Assembly (NCBI GenBank): GCA_947259275.1 | Contig: CAMYMH010000018.1 | Coordinates: 67,682 to 84,923 of the forward strand | Length of the DNA: 17,242 nt | From: an uncultured Acidimicrobiaceae bacterium | GTDB taxonomy: Bacteria > Actinomycetota > Acidimicrobiia > Spongiisociales > SHLN01 | Direction of reading: 5' to 3' | Shown here: positions 1 through 8,010 of the stretch, one piece after another | Position numbering within the stretch: position 1 is the stretch's first letter | Layout: each line of letters opens with the position of its first letter | The notes under the pieces: model-generated | The model's input: only the letters and a program-made list of their open reading frames with translations | Told to the model about the DNA's origin: nothing | Database searches by the model: none | Translations under genes and position numbers: made by a program

Positions 1-423
1 GCCATCGAGGTCTCGGTCTCCTTCTGGCTGTTCGCCTTCTCGTTGTTCTTCTTCGCCAGCCTCGCCTTGACCAAGCGAGTCTCGGAACTTCACAACCTGG
101 CGGTGGCGGGTGAGGCCGGCAACCACGGGCGGGCATATCGGGTCGACGACCTGGCAACTCTCCAGACCATCGGGGTGACCTCGGGGGTGATCAGCGTGCT
201 GGTCATCGCCCTCTACATCGAGGACCCGGTCAGCGCATCGCTGTATTCACAGCCGGATGCCCTGTGGCTGACGGGCCCGCTGCTCCTCTACTGGATCGGT
301 CGGATCTGGATCAAGACCGGCCGCGGGGAGATGAACGAGGATCCGCTCATGTACAGCGTGCGCGACCCGGCCAGCTGGGTGGTTGTGCTCCTGGCCGCGG
401 TGGTGGTGCTCATCGCCGCCTAG
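1..423 (+). CDS. 3' fragment (C-terminal ~140 aa) of a UbiA-family polyprenyl transferase, decaprenyl-phosphate phosphoribosyltransferase-like. The 5' end lies upstream of the window.
   Basis: The frame is open from nt 1 and stops with TAG at 421-423. The hydrophobic C-terminus (KRVSELHNLA...EDPLMYSVRDPASWVVVLLAAVVVLIAA) resembles, from my memory of Rv3806c-type DPPR synthases, the C-terminal helices of that family. Family assignment comes from recollection, not a search. Confidence 0.4.
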   Translation, partial: AIEVSVSFWLFAFSLFFFASLALTKRVSELHNLAVAGEAGNHGRAYRVDDLATLQTIGVTSGVISVLVIALYIEDPVSASLYSQPDALWLTGPLLLYWIGRIWIKTGRGEMNEDPLMYSVRDPASWVVVLLAAVVVLIAA

Positions 424-435
424 TGGCTGGCTCGG

Positions 436-762
436 TCAGTCGCCCGGTCCGGCCGACACGCTTGGCGAGTTGCGCCGATGCCACCATGATCCCGGTTTGG
501 CGGGCGCGGCAACGCCGTAGATGAGTGCGGCGAGGCCGGCGTACAAAGAAACGTTGAGGGCGGCCTCGATCAGTTTGAAGCTGGTGGTTGCCTGGAAGGA
601 TTCGCTTGGCTGGTAAGTGAATACCACCGCGAAACTTGCCGCGCTGGCGACCGCGATCGGCACAACCCACCACCGCCCCCGCAGCACCGGCACGGCGAGG
701 ATTCCCACGAGGATCACCCCTGCCGCCACCTGGAGTAGTGCTCCCAACACATCACTCAACAT
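436..762 (-). CDS. small integral membrane protein (108 aa, about 3 TM helices), function unknown
   Basis: ATG at 762-760 is preceded by GAGGAGG with a 6-nt spacer. An upstream in-frame ATG at 816 has no RBS. Hydrophobic segments LLQVAAGVILVGILAVPVL, VVPIAVASAASFAVVF and ALNVSLYAGLAALIYGV. High GC3. The stop is 12 nt from the convergent UbiA stop. Confidence 0.5.
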   Translation of the reverse strand: MLSDVLGALLQVAAGVILVGILAVPVLRGRWWVVPIAVASAASFAVVFTYQPSESFQATTSFKLIEAALNVSLYAGLAALIYGVAAPAKPGSWWHRRNSPSVSAGPGD

Positions 763-833
763 GATTCGACCTCCTCTTGTACCCGCAAAGTGCCACAGGG
801 CCAACGAGCACCGCAATCGGGGACTTCACCCAT

Positions 834-850
834 CCGTGCTCAGGGCACGG
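834..850 (-). terminator. GC hairpin (CCGTGC-tcagg-GCACGG) 5 nt downstream of the DUF2807 stop; possible attenuator or terminator
   Basis: Perfect 6-bp GC stem seen directly in the sequence. There is no U-tract, which is usual in high-GC actinobacteria, so the call is weak. Confidence 0.25.
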
Positions 851-854
851 TGCC

Positions 855-1523
855 TCAGCGCTGTGAAACGCTGCCGGATCCGCCGATGTTCTCGGTCACG
901 TTCGGGTCGCCAATGTACTCGACGTCACCCGAGCCACCGATGCGAACCGTCAGGTCATCGGTCACGTTGACCACCGCCGAGCCGCTGCCTGCTATCTCGA
1001 TGGTCCCGAGTGGTGCGATCAGGCCCTCGCCGTCATAGTTCCCGGATCCGTTGATGCCGACGGTGAGGTCTCCGGTGGTGCCGGTGGCGGTGACATCGCC
1101 CGACCCGTTGACGGTGGCCTCGAACGAGTCGGCGTCGATGGCGGAAGCGGTTACATCCCCGCTGCCGTTGATGGTGACGCCGTCGAGCGACGTCGCGCTG
1201 ATGGTGTAGGTGATCCGCCGGGTGGTCGAGAAGCTCGACTCTGACCCGAGCTCGAGGCGCCCGCTGCGCACTTCGGTGGTCAGCAGCGGCATGATGTTGT
1301 CTTCTGCCTCGATGGTGAGCGACTCGGTGCCGGTGACGGTGACGATGACGTCGCCGCTTCCCAACACCACGATCTCATCGAATCCGGACACCGCACGCGT
1401 TTCGGTGACAACAATGCCCGACCCCTGCACTCCGTCACCCACATCTACTTCGACGCTCACGTCGCACCCCACCATCAGGAAGCCGGCAACGACAATGGGA
1501 CCGAAGAGCAAACGGGCACGCAC
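855..1523 (-). CDS. DUF2807 / GIN-domain (autotransporter-adhesin-head-like) beta-helical lipoprotein
   Basis: GTG start at 1523 preceded by GAGGGGG. The N-terminus MRARLLFGPIVVAGFLMVGC has a lipobox (LMVGC). The body consists of reiterated GSGD/GSGN/GSGS beta-helix rungs (INGSGDVTA, VNGSGDVTA, GINGSGNY, IAGSGSAV, IGGSGDVE), typical of PF10988. Confidence 0.7.
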   Translation of the reverse strand: MRARLLFGPIVVAGFLMVGCDVSVEVDVGDGVQGSGIVVTETRAVSGFDEIVVLGSGDVIVTVTGTESLTIEAEDNIMPLLTTEVRSGRLELGSESSFSTTRRITYTISATSLDGVTINGSGDVTASAIDADSFEATVNGSGDVTATGTTGDLTVGINGSGNYDGEGLIAPLGTIEIAGSGSAVVNVTDDLTVRIGGSGDVEYIGDPNVTENIGGSGSVSQR

Positions 1524-1615
1524 AGAACCCCCTCGCGAGACTACTTGGAACTTACGACCGGATGCCGGTGATGGCTAGGGCCGACCGGCCACAGCCGCCG
1601 GGCCACCCGGCCCTG
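1512..1615. repeat. Copy A of a ~104-bp duplicated leader/promoter module (second copy at 4792-4895). It covers the first 3 codons and ~90 nt upstream of the DUF2807 gene.
   Basis: Direct alignment with 4792-4895 gives about 83% identity. Shared blocks are cgggcacgcaca, ctggaac, gaccggat.ccggtgat.gctagggccgaccg.ccacag and ccgggccacc. It contains the inverted repeat ACCGG-N3-CCGGT at 1557-1569. Confidence 0.6.
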
Positions 1616-1662
1616 GTGCGTTTGCTCTTGATCATCTGGCTCAACCAAGACCGCGCCCGATA

Positions 1663-3324
1663 TCACCAGGGTTGAAAGCCGACCGAAGACAGGTCCATGG
1701 TGACGATCTGGTGCCACAACTGTGGCCCATAGGCGATCAGGACGAGCACGACCGTTGCGACCAGCCATGGCACCCATCGGTCGAGCCAGGCGGGCGTTTG
1801 CTGCGGATCGTGGACCGACTCCGCCTGGGGAATCTCGACCCGGGCCGGTACCGGACGACGCGAGTAGGCGGTGCGGACGATGAGGAACACGAACAGGGCG
1901 GCACTCACCAAGAGAATGGCGCCTCCGATGCCCACCCGCAGCAGGTGTCCACTCCACTCATCGGGGACATAGGGGGCATCGCCGAGCTTGGTCCGGCGGG
2001 GAGCCCCCAGCAGCCCAACCGAGTGCATGGCGGTCGAGAAGATCGTCATGCCGACAAACCACAGCCAGGTCTGCACCACGGCCAGCCGTCGATTCCACAG
2101 GGCGTTGCCCGTCAGGTAGGGCACCAGCCAGTAGGCGATTCCCATGAATGAAAGGGTCACCGCGGTCGCAACCGTCAGATGGAAGTGCCCGGAGACCCAG
2201 GCGGTGTTGTGAACGACGGCGTTCACGGAGAACGAGGCGTTGATCAACCCTCCGATGCCCCCGAACATGAAGAGGATGCCGGCCAGCAGCTGGGCAGACA
2301 CCGACGGATCGCTCCACGGCAGCTTGGGGATCCAGCCCAGCCAGCCCGTGCCGCCGCGTCGACGCCCGCCGTTTTCCAGCGATGCAATGACGGTGAATGC
2401 GGTGATCATCGATGGGAAGAAAACTGCATAGGTGAGTCCGGCATGCACCCACTTCCAGCCGGCTGCCACTCCCGGATCGACGAATTGGTGATGGAACCCG
2501 ACAGGGATCGACAGCAGGAGGAACAGCCAGAACGACAATCGTGCCAGCGAGTCGCTGAACAGCTTGCCGCCGGCCTGTTTGGGCAGCATGGAATACCACG
2601 AGACGTAGGCGGGGAGCAGCCAGAAGTAGACCAGGGGGTGTCCGGTGAACCAGAAGTAGGTTCGGGCCAACCCGGGATCGGTTCCGTCGATGAGACCGAG
2701 CGCCCACGGCAGCAGCATGGTGAGGATCTCTACCGCCACCCCCAGCGTGGCTATCTGCCACATCGCCATGGTCAGCAGGCCGCCGAAGGCCAGCAGAGGC
2801 GTGCGCCGGCGGGGATGGTCTCGGCGCCAAGCGCGCCAGGTCAAGAAGAACCCCCATCCTTCGACCCAGCTGCCAACCACCACCAGCGTCAACCCGGCAT
2901 AGAAGGCCCAGCTCGCCTCGAGCGGCGGGTAGAAAGTGTAGAGGACCGTCGCCTGGTCCAACAGAATCGGGGAGGCCGTCAGCACCAACCCAACCACCAT
3001 GGTCCAGAAGCCGAAACGATTGAGGCTCGGAAAGAGCAGCGGGCGTTTCAGGCCGTGGATGGTGGTGAGCGTGAAGAACCCGGTGATGAAGAAGGTCGTC
3101 CAGATCAATGCGTTGAGGACGCCGTGCAAGGTGAGTCCCTGGTAATAGGACTTGAAGACCGGCTCCAGGTAGGGATAGAGGTCGACGCCGGCATACTCGA
3201 ACGCCTGCACCGGCCCGAAGAACGATCCGATGGCGAGGGCCAGCACCGCAACCACCACGTGCTGGCCGATGAAGCGCTTGTCGGCCGTGGTGATCTCGTA
3301 GCCGGGGATGACCGTTTGGGTCAC
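1663..3324 (-). CDS. cbaA: cytochrome c oxidase subunit I, B-family (ba3-type) heme-copper oxidase
   Basis: Strong similarity to Thermus ba3 subunit I as I remember it: WFTGHPLVYFWLLPAY...MLPKQAGGKLFSD, VGFHHQFVDPG, VVHNTAWVSGHFHLTVATAV, LLGAPRRT. I place the start at GTG 3324-3322, preceded by GAGGAG and overlapping the cbaB stop (GTGA). The 702-aa ORF up to 3771 is an Arg-rich artefact extension. Confidence 0.9.
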   Translation of the reverse strand: MTQTVIPGYEITTADKRFIGQHVVVAVLALAIGSFFGPVQAFEYAGVDLYPYLEPVFKSYYQGLTLHGVLNALIWTTFFITGFFTLTTIHGLKRPLLFPSLNRFGFWTMVVGLVLTASPILLDQATVLYTFYPPLEASWAFYAGLTLVVVGSWVEGWGFFLTWRAWRRDHPRRRTPLLAFGGLLTMAMWQIATLGVAVEILTMLLPWALGLIDGTDPGLARTYFWFTGHPLVYFWLLPAYVSWYSMLPKQAGGKLFSDSLARLSFWLFLLLSIPVGFHHQFVDPGVAAGWKWVHAGLTYAVFFPSMITAFTVIASLENGGRRRGGTGWLGWIPKLPWSDPSVSAQLLAGILFMFGGIGGLINASFSVNAVVHNTAWVSGHFHLTVATAVTLSFMGIAYWLVPYLTGNALWNRRLAVVQTWLWFVGMTIFSTAMHSVGLLGAPRRTKLGDAPYVPDEWSGHLLRVGIGGAILLVSAALFVFLIVRTAYSRRPVPARVEIPQAESVHDPQQTPAWLDRWVPWLVATVVLVLIAYGPQLWHQIVTMDLSSVGFQPW

Positions 3325-3797
3325 GGCTGCTCCTCTACGGTCAGCGACCCGAACATGGCATGGTGCCCGATCCCGCAGTATTCGCTGCAGATGTAGTGGT
3401 AGGTACCGGCTTGGTCGAAGGTGGTCGTCAGTATCGACACCTCGCCGGGCACCACCTGCATGTTGACGTTGGTGTCTTTGAGGATGAACCCGTGTTGTAC
3501 ATCCACCGACGTCACGTGGAACGTGACTTCGGCGCCAACTGGAACCGTCAGAGTTGACGGGATGAAGGCGAAGGTCTGGGCCACGATGTAGGCCTCGTAT
3601 TTGCCGGGCTCGATTTCCCGCAAGCCGGGCTCGGCGAATGGCCCGCTTTCGGTCACGGTCGCCGGATCCACGCCGGCGTGGTCGCCGGTGAGACCGAATC
3701 CGAACAGCACGCTCGCCAACACGACCAGGGCGCCGAACGCCACCAACACCACAATCGACACGCGGATCCACTGCCGTTCATACGGGTCGATATGCAT
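3321..3797 (-). CDS. cbaB: cytochrome c oxidase subunit II (CuA cupredoxin subunit), ba3-type
   Basis: ATG 3797-3795 preceded by GGAGGAG. N-terminal TM helix (WIRVSIVVLVAFGALVVLASVLFG). CuA ligands HVTSVDVQHGF ... CSEYCGIGHHAM. The stop TGA overlaps the cbaA GTG. The ORF's N-terminal extension to 4010 is rejected. Confidence 0.85.
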   Translation of the reverse strand: MHIDPYERQWIRVSIVVLVAFGALVVLASVLFGFGLTGDHAGVDPATVTESGPFAEPGLREIEPGKYEAYIVAQTFAFIPSTLTVPVGAEVTFHVTSVDVQHGFILKDTNVNMQVVPGEVSILTTTFDQAGTYHYICSEYCGIGHHAMFGSLTVEEQP

Positions 3798-3829
3798 CGA
3801 CTCCTCCGGGGCCGGCAGCTGGCCGTCGT

Positions 3830-4003
3830 TCACGAGGTCACTCCCCGCGCCAACATGATGAGGTAGACCGCAGTCCACAGTACGGCCAGGGCGAACAGGA
3901 ATGCCGCCAGGACGATCAGCGTGCCTCGGGGGTGGTTTGTTTCCTCGCCGGCACCTGGAGGCCCGACCTCCTCGTCCCACTCTGCAGGTGCAGCCGGTGT
4001 CAC
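3830..4003 (-). CDS. cbaD: ba3-type oxidase small subunit IIa (single TM helix), with a ~25-aa N-terminal extension
   Basis: The C-terminal segment PRGTLIVLAAFLFALAVLWTAVYLIMLARG matches the pattern of Thermus CbaD (PKGALAVILVLTLTILVFWLGVYAVFFARG, recalled from memory). GTG at 4003 is preceded by AAGGGGAG with a 6-nt spacer. It lies 32 nt upstream of cbaB. The exact start is uncertain. Confidence 0.6.
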   Translation of the reverse strand: MTPAAPAEWDEEVGPPGAGEETNHPRGTLIVLAAFLFALAVLWTAVYLIMLARGVTS

Positions 4004-4076
4004 CGCACACTCCCCTTCGGCTCGTCGCCGGTGAGTGGTTTCCGGAGCGCGCCGGCGTCGGAGCCTGGACGAGCCG

Positions 4077-4802
4077 TCACAGCCGGCCGCTTTTCTGTGC
4101 CCACCGCAAGCCAATCATCCCGGCACCGAGCGCCACCATCCATACCGCGGAGGCCATCAGGCCGCGGACTGCCTCCGGCCAGTCGGCCATAGCCGGATCG
4201 TCGAGCAACTGCGACGGGAGCCACACGGTCGAGATGACGAAGTAGAGGACGATGACGATGGCAGTTCCCCAGGTGTAGGACCGGGTGGCTGGGGCGGGCG
4301 GGGCCGGGTTGGCGATCAAGGCGACGCCGGTGACCATCGCCACGATTACCCCGAACAGGAAGACGGTGGTCCACGGAAAACCGTCTTCCCCGGCCGGCCC
4401 CGGCGCAGCCGACGACTGCGGTGACCCGTCGAATCCGGTCTGGATGTAGTCGATCACTGCGGCTCGCTCAGCATCGCTCAGATCGATCGCCGGCATCCGG
4501 CCGTCGTAGATGGTGGCGCCCACCTCGAGTTCGCCGGCCAGACCGTTCACGATCACGTCGGCGACGTAGGCGATATCGGCGACGCGTGGATTGTCCGCCA
4601 GTGGCGGGAAGGTGCCGGGGATGCCGCGGCCATCCACCTGATGGCACCCGGCGCATGAAGTCTGGTACACGGCCCGGCCGTCTACGCTTTCCTGAGCCTG
4701 GGCAGCGAGGGCACCGCCCCACAGCAGGGTGCAGCCCACCAGGGCGATCACAACCATGCGTCGAGATCGAGGGTGGGACCTACAGATCAGACCGGCACGC
4801 AC
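4077..4802 (-). CDS. membrane-anchored mono-heme cytochrome c (class I), likely electron donor to the ba3 oxidase. The cytochrome domain is fused to a C-terminal ~3-TM segment.
   Basis: GTG at 4802 preceded by AAGAGGGA; an alternative ATG at 4757 has no RBS. Signal-like N-terminus, CAGCH heme-binding motif, Met ligand region DGRMPA. Three C-terminal hydrophobic helices (TTVFLFGVIVAMVTGVALIA, GTAIVIVLYFVISTVWL, LMASAVWMVALGAGMIGL). Confidence 0.75.
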   Translation of the reverse strand: MRAGLICRSHPRSRRMVVIALVGCTLLWGGALAAQAQESVDGRAVYQTSCAGCHQVDGRGIPGTFPPLADNPRVADIAYVADVIVNGLAGELEVGATIYDGRMPAIDLSDAERAAVIDYIQTGFDGSPQSSAAPGPAGEDGFPWTTVFLFGVIVAMVTGVALIANPAPPAPATRSYTWGTAIVIVLYFVISTVWLPSQLLDDPAMADWPEAVRGLMASAVWMVALGAGMIGLRWAQKSGRL

Positions 4803-4895
4803 AAAATCCCTCTTCGAGTCTGTCTGGAACCTAAGACCGGATCCCGGTGATCGCTAGGGCCGACCGACCACAGGTGCCGGGCCACCTGGCCTCCC
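4792..4895. repeat. Copy B of the duplicated ~104-bp leader/promoter module. It covers the first codons and 5' region of the cytochrome c gene.
   Basis: See copy A. It contains ACCGG-gat-CCGGT at 4836-4848. Both downstream genes begin GTG CGT GCC (M-R-A). Confidence 0.6.
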
Positions 4896-4918
4896 CCGGA
4901 CACCCGGCGGAGGCCGGT

Positions 4919-6631
4919 TCACGGAGCAGCCGCCAGCGGACAGTAGAAGCCCGCCCCGCCCGGCAGACGCAGTGGTTGCCCACAGGGCAGCTCCCCCTCC
5001 CCGTACTCCCGGTAGGTCACTCCGGCTTCCTCGAACTGGACCTCGGCTGCCGAGCGGAATCGCTGGATGAAGACCGGGAGTTCCTGACCCGATTCGGCGA
5101 AGTCTCGATACAGCTGTCCAACCTCGCGGGTGAACTCCACCTCATCGTGGTAGTAGACCGCCGAAACATAGGCGACGTTGAGCACCAGGATCAGGCCGAG
5201 CAGTCCGCCGAGCCAGCGAGAGAGGCGGTCGGGGCGAGCCAGCATGGCAACCGCGACGGCCACCGGGACCAGCCACAGCTGCGGCGTGTACCGCGCCCAC
5301 CATCCCTCCGGATGGCCCATCCAGGAGAGGATGAGGAAGACCGACAGGCCTCCGACCAGCAGCACGGTTCCCCGCCACTGTTTCCGGTCTTTCCAGAGCA
5401 GCCAGCCACCGAGAGCCACCGAAATCAGCAGGGCCCCACTGAACCACGGTCCCAGGCCGGCAATTCGGGGGTCGGCCCCGGTATAGGGCCACGAGACGCT
5501 CAGGTCGGCGAAGAACGGCAATACGAGCTCGGCACGGGCATTGATCGGGTTCCCGGGTGCCCCGAATAGGCCGTAGAAGAGTTGGGTTAGCTGGGGAGCA
5601 CCGCGCAGGTTCTCGGGGCTGTTCGGAGTGAAGAAATCGATGCTGCCGGGCCCGGCGATCGGGTAGAAGGGCGTGTCGAAGTCGAGCAGATTCTGCACGT
5701 AGGGGTTGAAGCCGATGACACCGATCGCCACCACGAATACGATTCCCTGCGTGACGAAGAACCGGCGCAAGTCATCCCAGCGGCGCTGCCACAGAAGCAC
5801 AACCGTCATCGCAAACAGAATCAGCCCCACGTAGTAGATCCCACTGAACTTGAGGTTGATCAGCAACAGCAGGCTGAGGCCAAGCGACCAGGATGCGACC
5901 CGAGTTCGCTCGAACACCAGGACCCATAGTCCCGAGGCGACGGCCGCCAGCAGCAGCGCCGCGGTCTGGCCGTCGATGTAGTTGGTCAGCGATTGGACAA
6001 CCCAAACCGGGTTCAGCGCCGCCAGCGCCGAGCCGGCCCAGGCCACCGGGGGCCGAACCCCGAGGCGGGTCAGGAGGGCGAGGACCAGCAGGAACGAGGC
6101 GCCGAGCGGGAGCACGTTGGTCGACTTCCCGATCTCGATGGAATCGGTCAGCGTGTACAGCGAGCTGCCGGCCAGCCAGGATGCCTTCGGAAAACTCCGG
6201 GCAGTATTGCCGTAGCCGAATTGCCCGGGATGGGGATCCTCGAAGGGATTCCAGCCTTCAGACAGCGCGATGATGGCGTCCGAGTGATAGGTCTGGCCGT
6301 CGAAGGAGCTGTCGTAGAAGTTGTGGGCGACCACTCCGCCGATCACGAGAGTGCCGACCACCAGGAGAAGCGCCATCGCCACCTGCCGCACCCGGTCGGC
6401 CGGAGGCAACACCGCGGCGACCACCACCCCGGTGAGGGCGGCGGCGACCAGGACCATCCAGCCGGCAACCTCGCTGATGCGAAGGACGAGGAACGACCAC
6501 GGCACCACCACCAGGGCTCCATACATCGCCAGGAACGCCAGGCCGTGAACGGCGTAGCGGCCGGCCTGGCCGACCGGGCCGGCGTCGGGCTTGGAAGTGG
6601 CGGAAGTCACGACCGGCGAGTGTAGGCCCAC
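4919..6631 (-). CDS. large polytopic membrane protein (~14 TM helices plus soluble C-terminal tail), possibly a GT-C-fold glycosyl/arabinosyl/mannosyl transferase
   Basis: 570-aa ORF with consistently high GC3. Many hydrophobic helices separated by short loops, and an extracytoplasmic-looking loop YHSDAIIALSEGWNPFEDPHPG. The GTG start at 6631 has no obvious RBS, so the start is uncertain. The functional call is by architecture only. Confidence 0.5.
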   Translation of the reverse strand: MGLHSPVVTSATSKPDAGPVGQAGRYAVHGLAFLAMYGALVVVPWSFLVLRISEVAGWMVLVAAALTGVVVAAVLPPADRVRQVAMALLLVVGTLVIGGVVAHNFYDSSFDGQTYHSDAIIALSEGWNPFEDPHPGQFGYGNTARSFPKASWLAGSSLYTLTDSIEIGKSTNVLPLGASFLLVLALLTRLGVRPPVAWAGSALAALNPVWVVQSLTNYIDGQTAALLLAAVASGLWVLVFERTRVASWSLGLSLLLLINLKFSGIYYVGLILFAMTVVLLWQRRWDDLRRFFVTQGIVFVVAIGVIGFNPYVQNLLDFDTPFYPIAGPGSIDFFTPNSPENLRGAPQLTQLFYGLFGAPGNPINARAELVLPFFADLSVSWPYTGADPRIAGLGPWFSGALLISVALGGWLLWKDRKQWRGTVLLVGGLSVFLILSWMGHPEGWWARYTPQLWLVPVAVAVAMLARPDRLSRWLGGLLGLILVLNVAYVSAVYYHDEVEFTREVGQLYRDFAESGQELPVFIQRFRSAAEVQFEEAGVTYREYGEGELPCGQPLRLPGGAGFYCPLAAAP

Positions 6632-6689
6632 CGACTGGCGGGGCGGCTCATTGGCACCGCTGGCTTGCAGGCGGCCTCGTCAGCAGGAT

Positions 6690-7343
6690 TCACTCCGAGT
6701 TGCGGAACACCGCCAGCTCGTGACCGTACACCAGGAAGTTGAATCGAGTGCGGCGCTCGAGCTCCAGCCCGCGCTCCTCGACCGCCCAGCCGACGACCTG
6801 CTCGATGGGGACATAGTGGATCCATTGGCGACTGAGGATGAGGTCGTGCAGGCGGTTGGCAACCGCCCGCCAGCGTGGCCGGCGGCACATGTCTTTGTAG
6901 ACCAGCACCCCTCCCGGCGCCAGCCGGTCGCATAGATCGAGAAACGTCGCCCGTTGCTCGGCGGGACTCACGTGATGCATGACATCGATCATGCTGATGG
7001 CGTCGTAATTCTCCTCCGGGATGGTGCCCAGTTGGAATCGGACTGTGTCGGCATGAGGCGACAGGCCTCGCGCAACCTCGGCGATCTCGAGCGCAGCCGA
7101 GTTCACGTCGACACCGTCGACCGTCTTGACATACCCCTGCGTAACGCAGTGCAGCCCGAAGAGGCCGGCTCCGCACCCGAAGTCCAGCAGCCGGCCACCC
7201 GAGTCGCGGATCTCCGGGACCAGTGGCTCAAAGGGGCACACTCGAGGCCGCAGCCGCTGTTGCAGGCGGGCAAGGAAGGGTGCCGACGAATACAGCTCCC
7301 CGGCAAGGTCGGAGGCTCGCTCGGATTCAGATCTCGGCTTCAC
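6690..7343 (-). CDS. class I SAM-dependent methyltransferase
   Basis: GTG at 7343 preceded by GAGGGAA. Motif I LLDFGCGAGLFG, acidic residue at the end of beta-2 (VDGVDVN), motif PGGVLVYKD. Confidence 0.8.
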   Translation of the reverse strand: MKPRSESERASDLAGELYSSAPFLARLQQRLRPRVCPFEPLVPEIRDSGGRLLDFGCGAGLFGLHCVTQGYVKTVDGVDVNSAALEIAEVARGLSPHADTVRFQLGTIPEENYDAISMIDVMHHVSPAEQRATFLDLCDRLAPGGVLVYKDMCRRPRWRAVANRLHDLILSRQWIHYVPIEQVVGWAVEERGLELERRTRFNFLVYGHELAVFRNSE

Positions 7344-7410
7344 TGGGTTCCCTCGGAGTTGGTACGGCCACGGGCGACCCTAGCCCCCCGGGGCACGAAT
7401 CCCAGGCGGG

Positions 7411-7968
7411 TTAGCCCTCCTTGGGCGGCGAATCCCAGTCCTGAACGTCCTTGCCCTCGACGCGCGACAAGATGTCGAGGGCGGCGGTGGCGCCGGCCCC
7501 GGCCGAGATGATGGCTTGGGACCGGTTGCGCCGGGCGGCCCGCCCCAGCACGTAGACACCATCGAGCGAACTACGGAACTCGCGGTCGTGGGCGATGCCG
7601 TCCTCGTGCTCCTCGAGCCCCAGGGAGAGCGCCAACTCCGGGCTCTTGCCCTCGGTGAGGATCAGGAATTCGACGTTCTCGGTCTCGCCATCTTCGGTGG
7701 TCACCGACAATCCACCCGACTCGGCCGGCGAAACGCCGCTCACCCTGATCGTTTTGATCTCGGCTCCGAAACCGGTGACCTGAGATCGCGCGATTGCCTG
7801 GAACTCGCTACCGCCGATATCGGGCACCCCGAGGTAGTTGTGAAGGTGGGCGTAGTGCATGGCAGTCTCGTCGGTCCCGAACACCGTCACGTCCTGACCG
7901 TTCTTGGCCAAGAAGAGCGCCGCGCTCAACCCGCCCGGACCGTCACCAACAATTGCGATACGAGCCAT
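7411..7968 (-). CDS. short FAD/NAD(P)-binding oxidoreductase (thioredoxin-reductase-like fold). It lacks a CxxC redox centre and a second dinucleotide domain.
   Basis: ATG 7968 preceded by GGGAGGA. N-terminal Rossmann motif IAIVGDGPGGLSAALFLA. The C-terminal GD-type motif region is DGVYVLGRAAR. Only 185 aa. Confidence 0.65.
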   Translation of the reverse strand: MARIAIVGDGPGGLSAALFLAKNGQDVTVFGTDETAMHYAHLHNYLGVPDIGGSEFQAIARSQVTGFGAEIKTIRVSGVSPAESGGLSVTTEDGETENVEFLILTEGKSPELALSLGLEEHEDGIAHDREFRSSLDGVYVLGRAARRNRSQAIISAGAGATAALDILSRVEGKDVQDWDSPPKEG

Positions 7969-7985
7969 CAACGTCCTCCCTCGTC

Positions 7986-8007
7986 CCGGCGAGGTTACCG
8001 GTCGACC
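7986..8007 (-). terminator. hairpin CCTCG-tcccgg-CGAGG between the secreted-protein gene and the oxidoreductase gene
   Basis: 5-bp GC stem seen in the sequence 3 nt after the stop at 8011. Weak, with no U-tract. Confidence 0.2.
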
Positions 8008-8010
8008 GAT

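Noticed and set aside
1958-3396. ORFs 1958-2857(-), 2179-3396(+) and 1672-2151(+) overlapping cbaA
   Set aside because: They are alternative-frame or antisense open frames inside the well-supported oxidase subunit I gene. They have Arg/Pro-rich composition and no start signals.
3324-4010. N-terminal extensions of the cbaA ORF (to 3771) and the cbaB ORF (to 4010)
   Set aside because: The extensions are Arg/Gly-rich, lack TM helices and run through the upstream gene. Internal starts with Shine-Dalgarno sequences (GTG 3324; ATG 3797) give proteins of canonical length.
5993-6625. 210-aa plus-strand ORF and several smaller ORFs opposite the 4919-6631 membrane-protein gene
   Set aside because: They are antisense artefacts, rich in R/G/H/D, with no start signals. 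The minus-strand frame encodes coherent TM helices.
7370-7385. gggcgaccctagcc resembling the inverse of the gctagggccgacc core of the duplicated leader
   Set aside because: Only about a 9-nt match in the opposite orientation, within chance expectation for this GC content.
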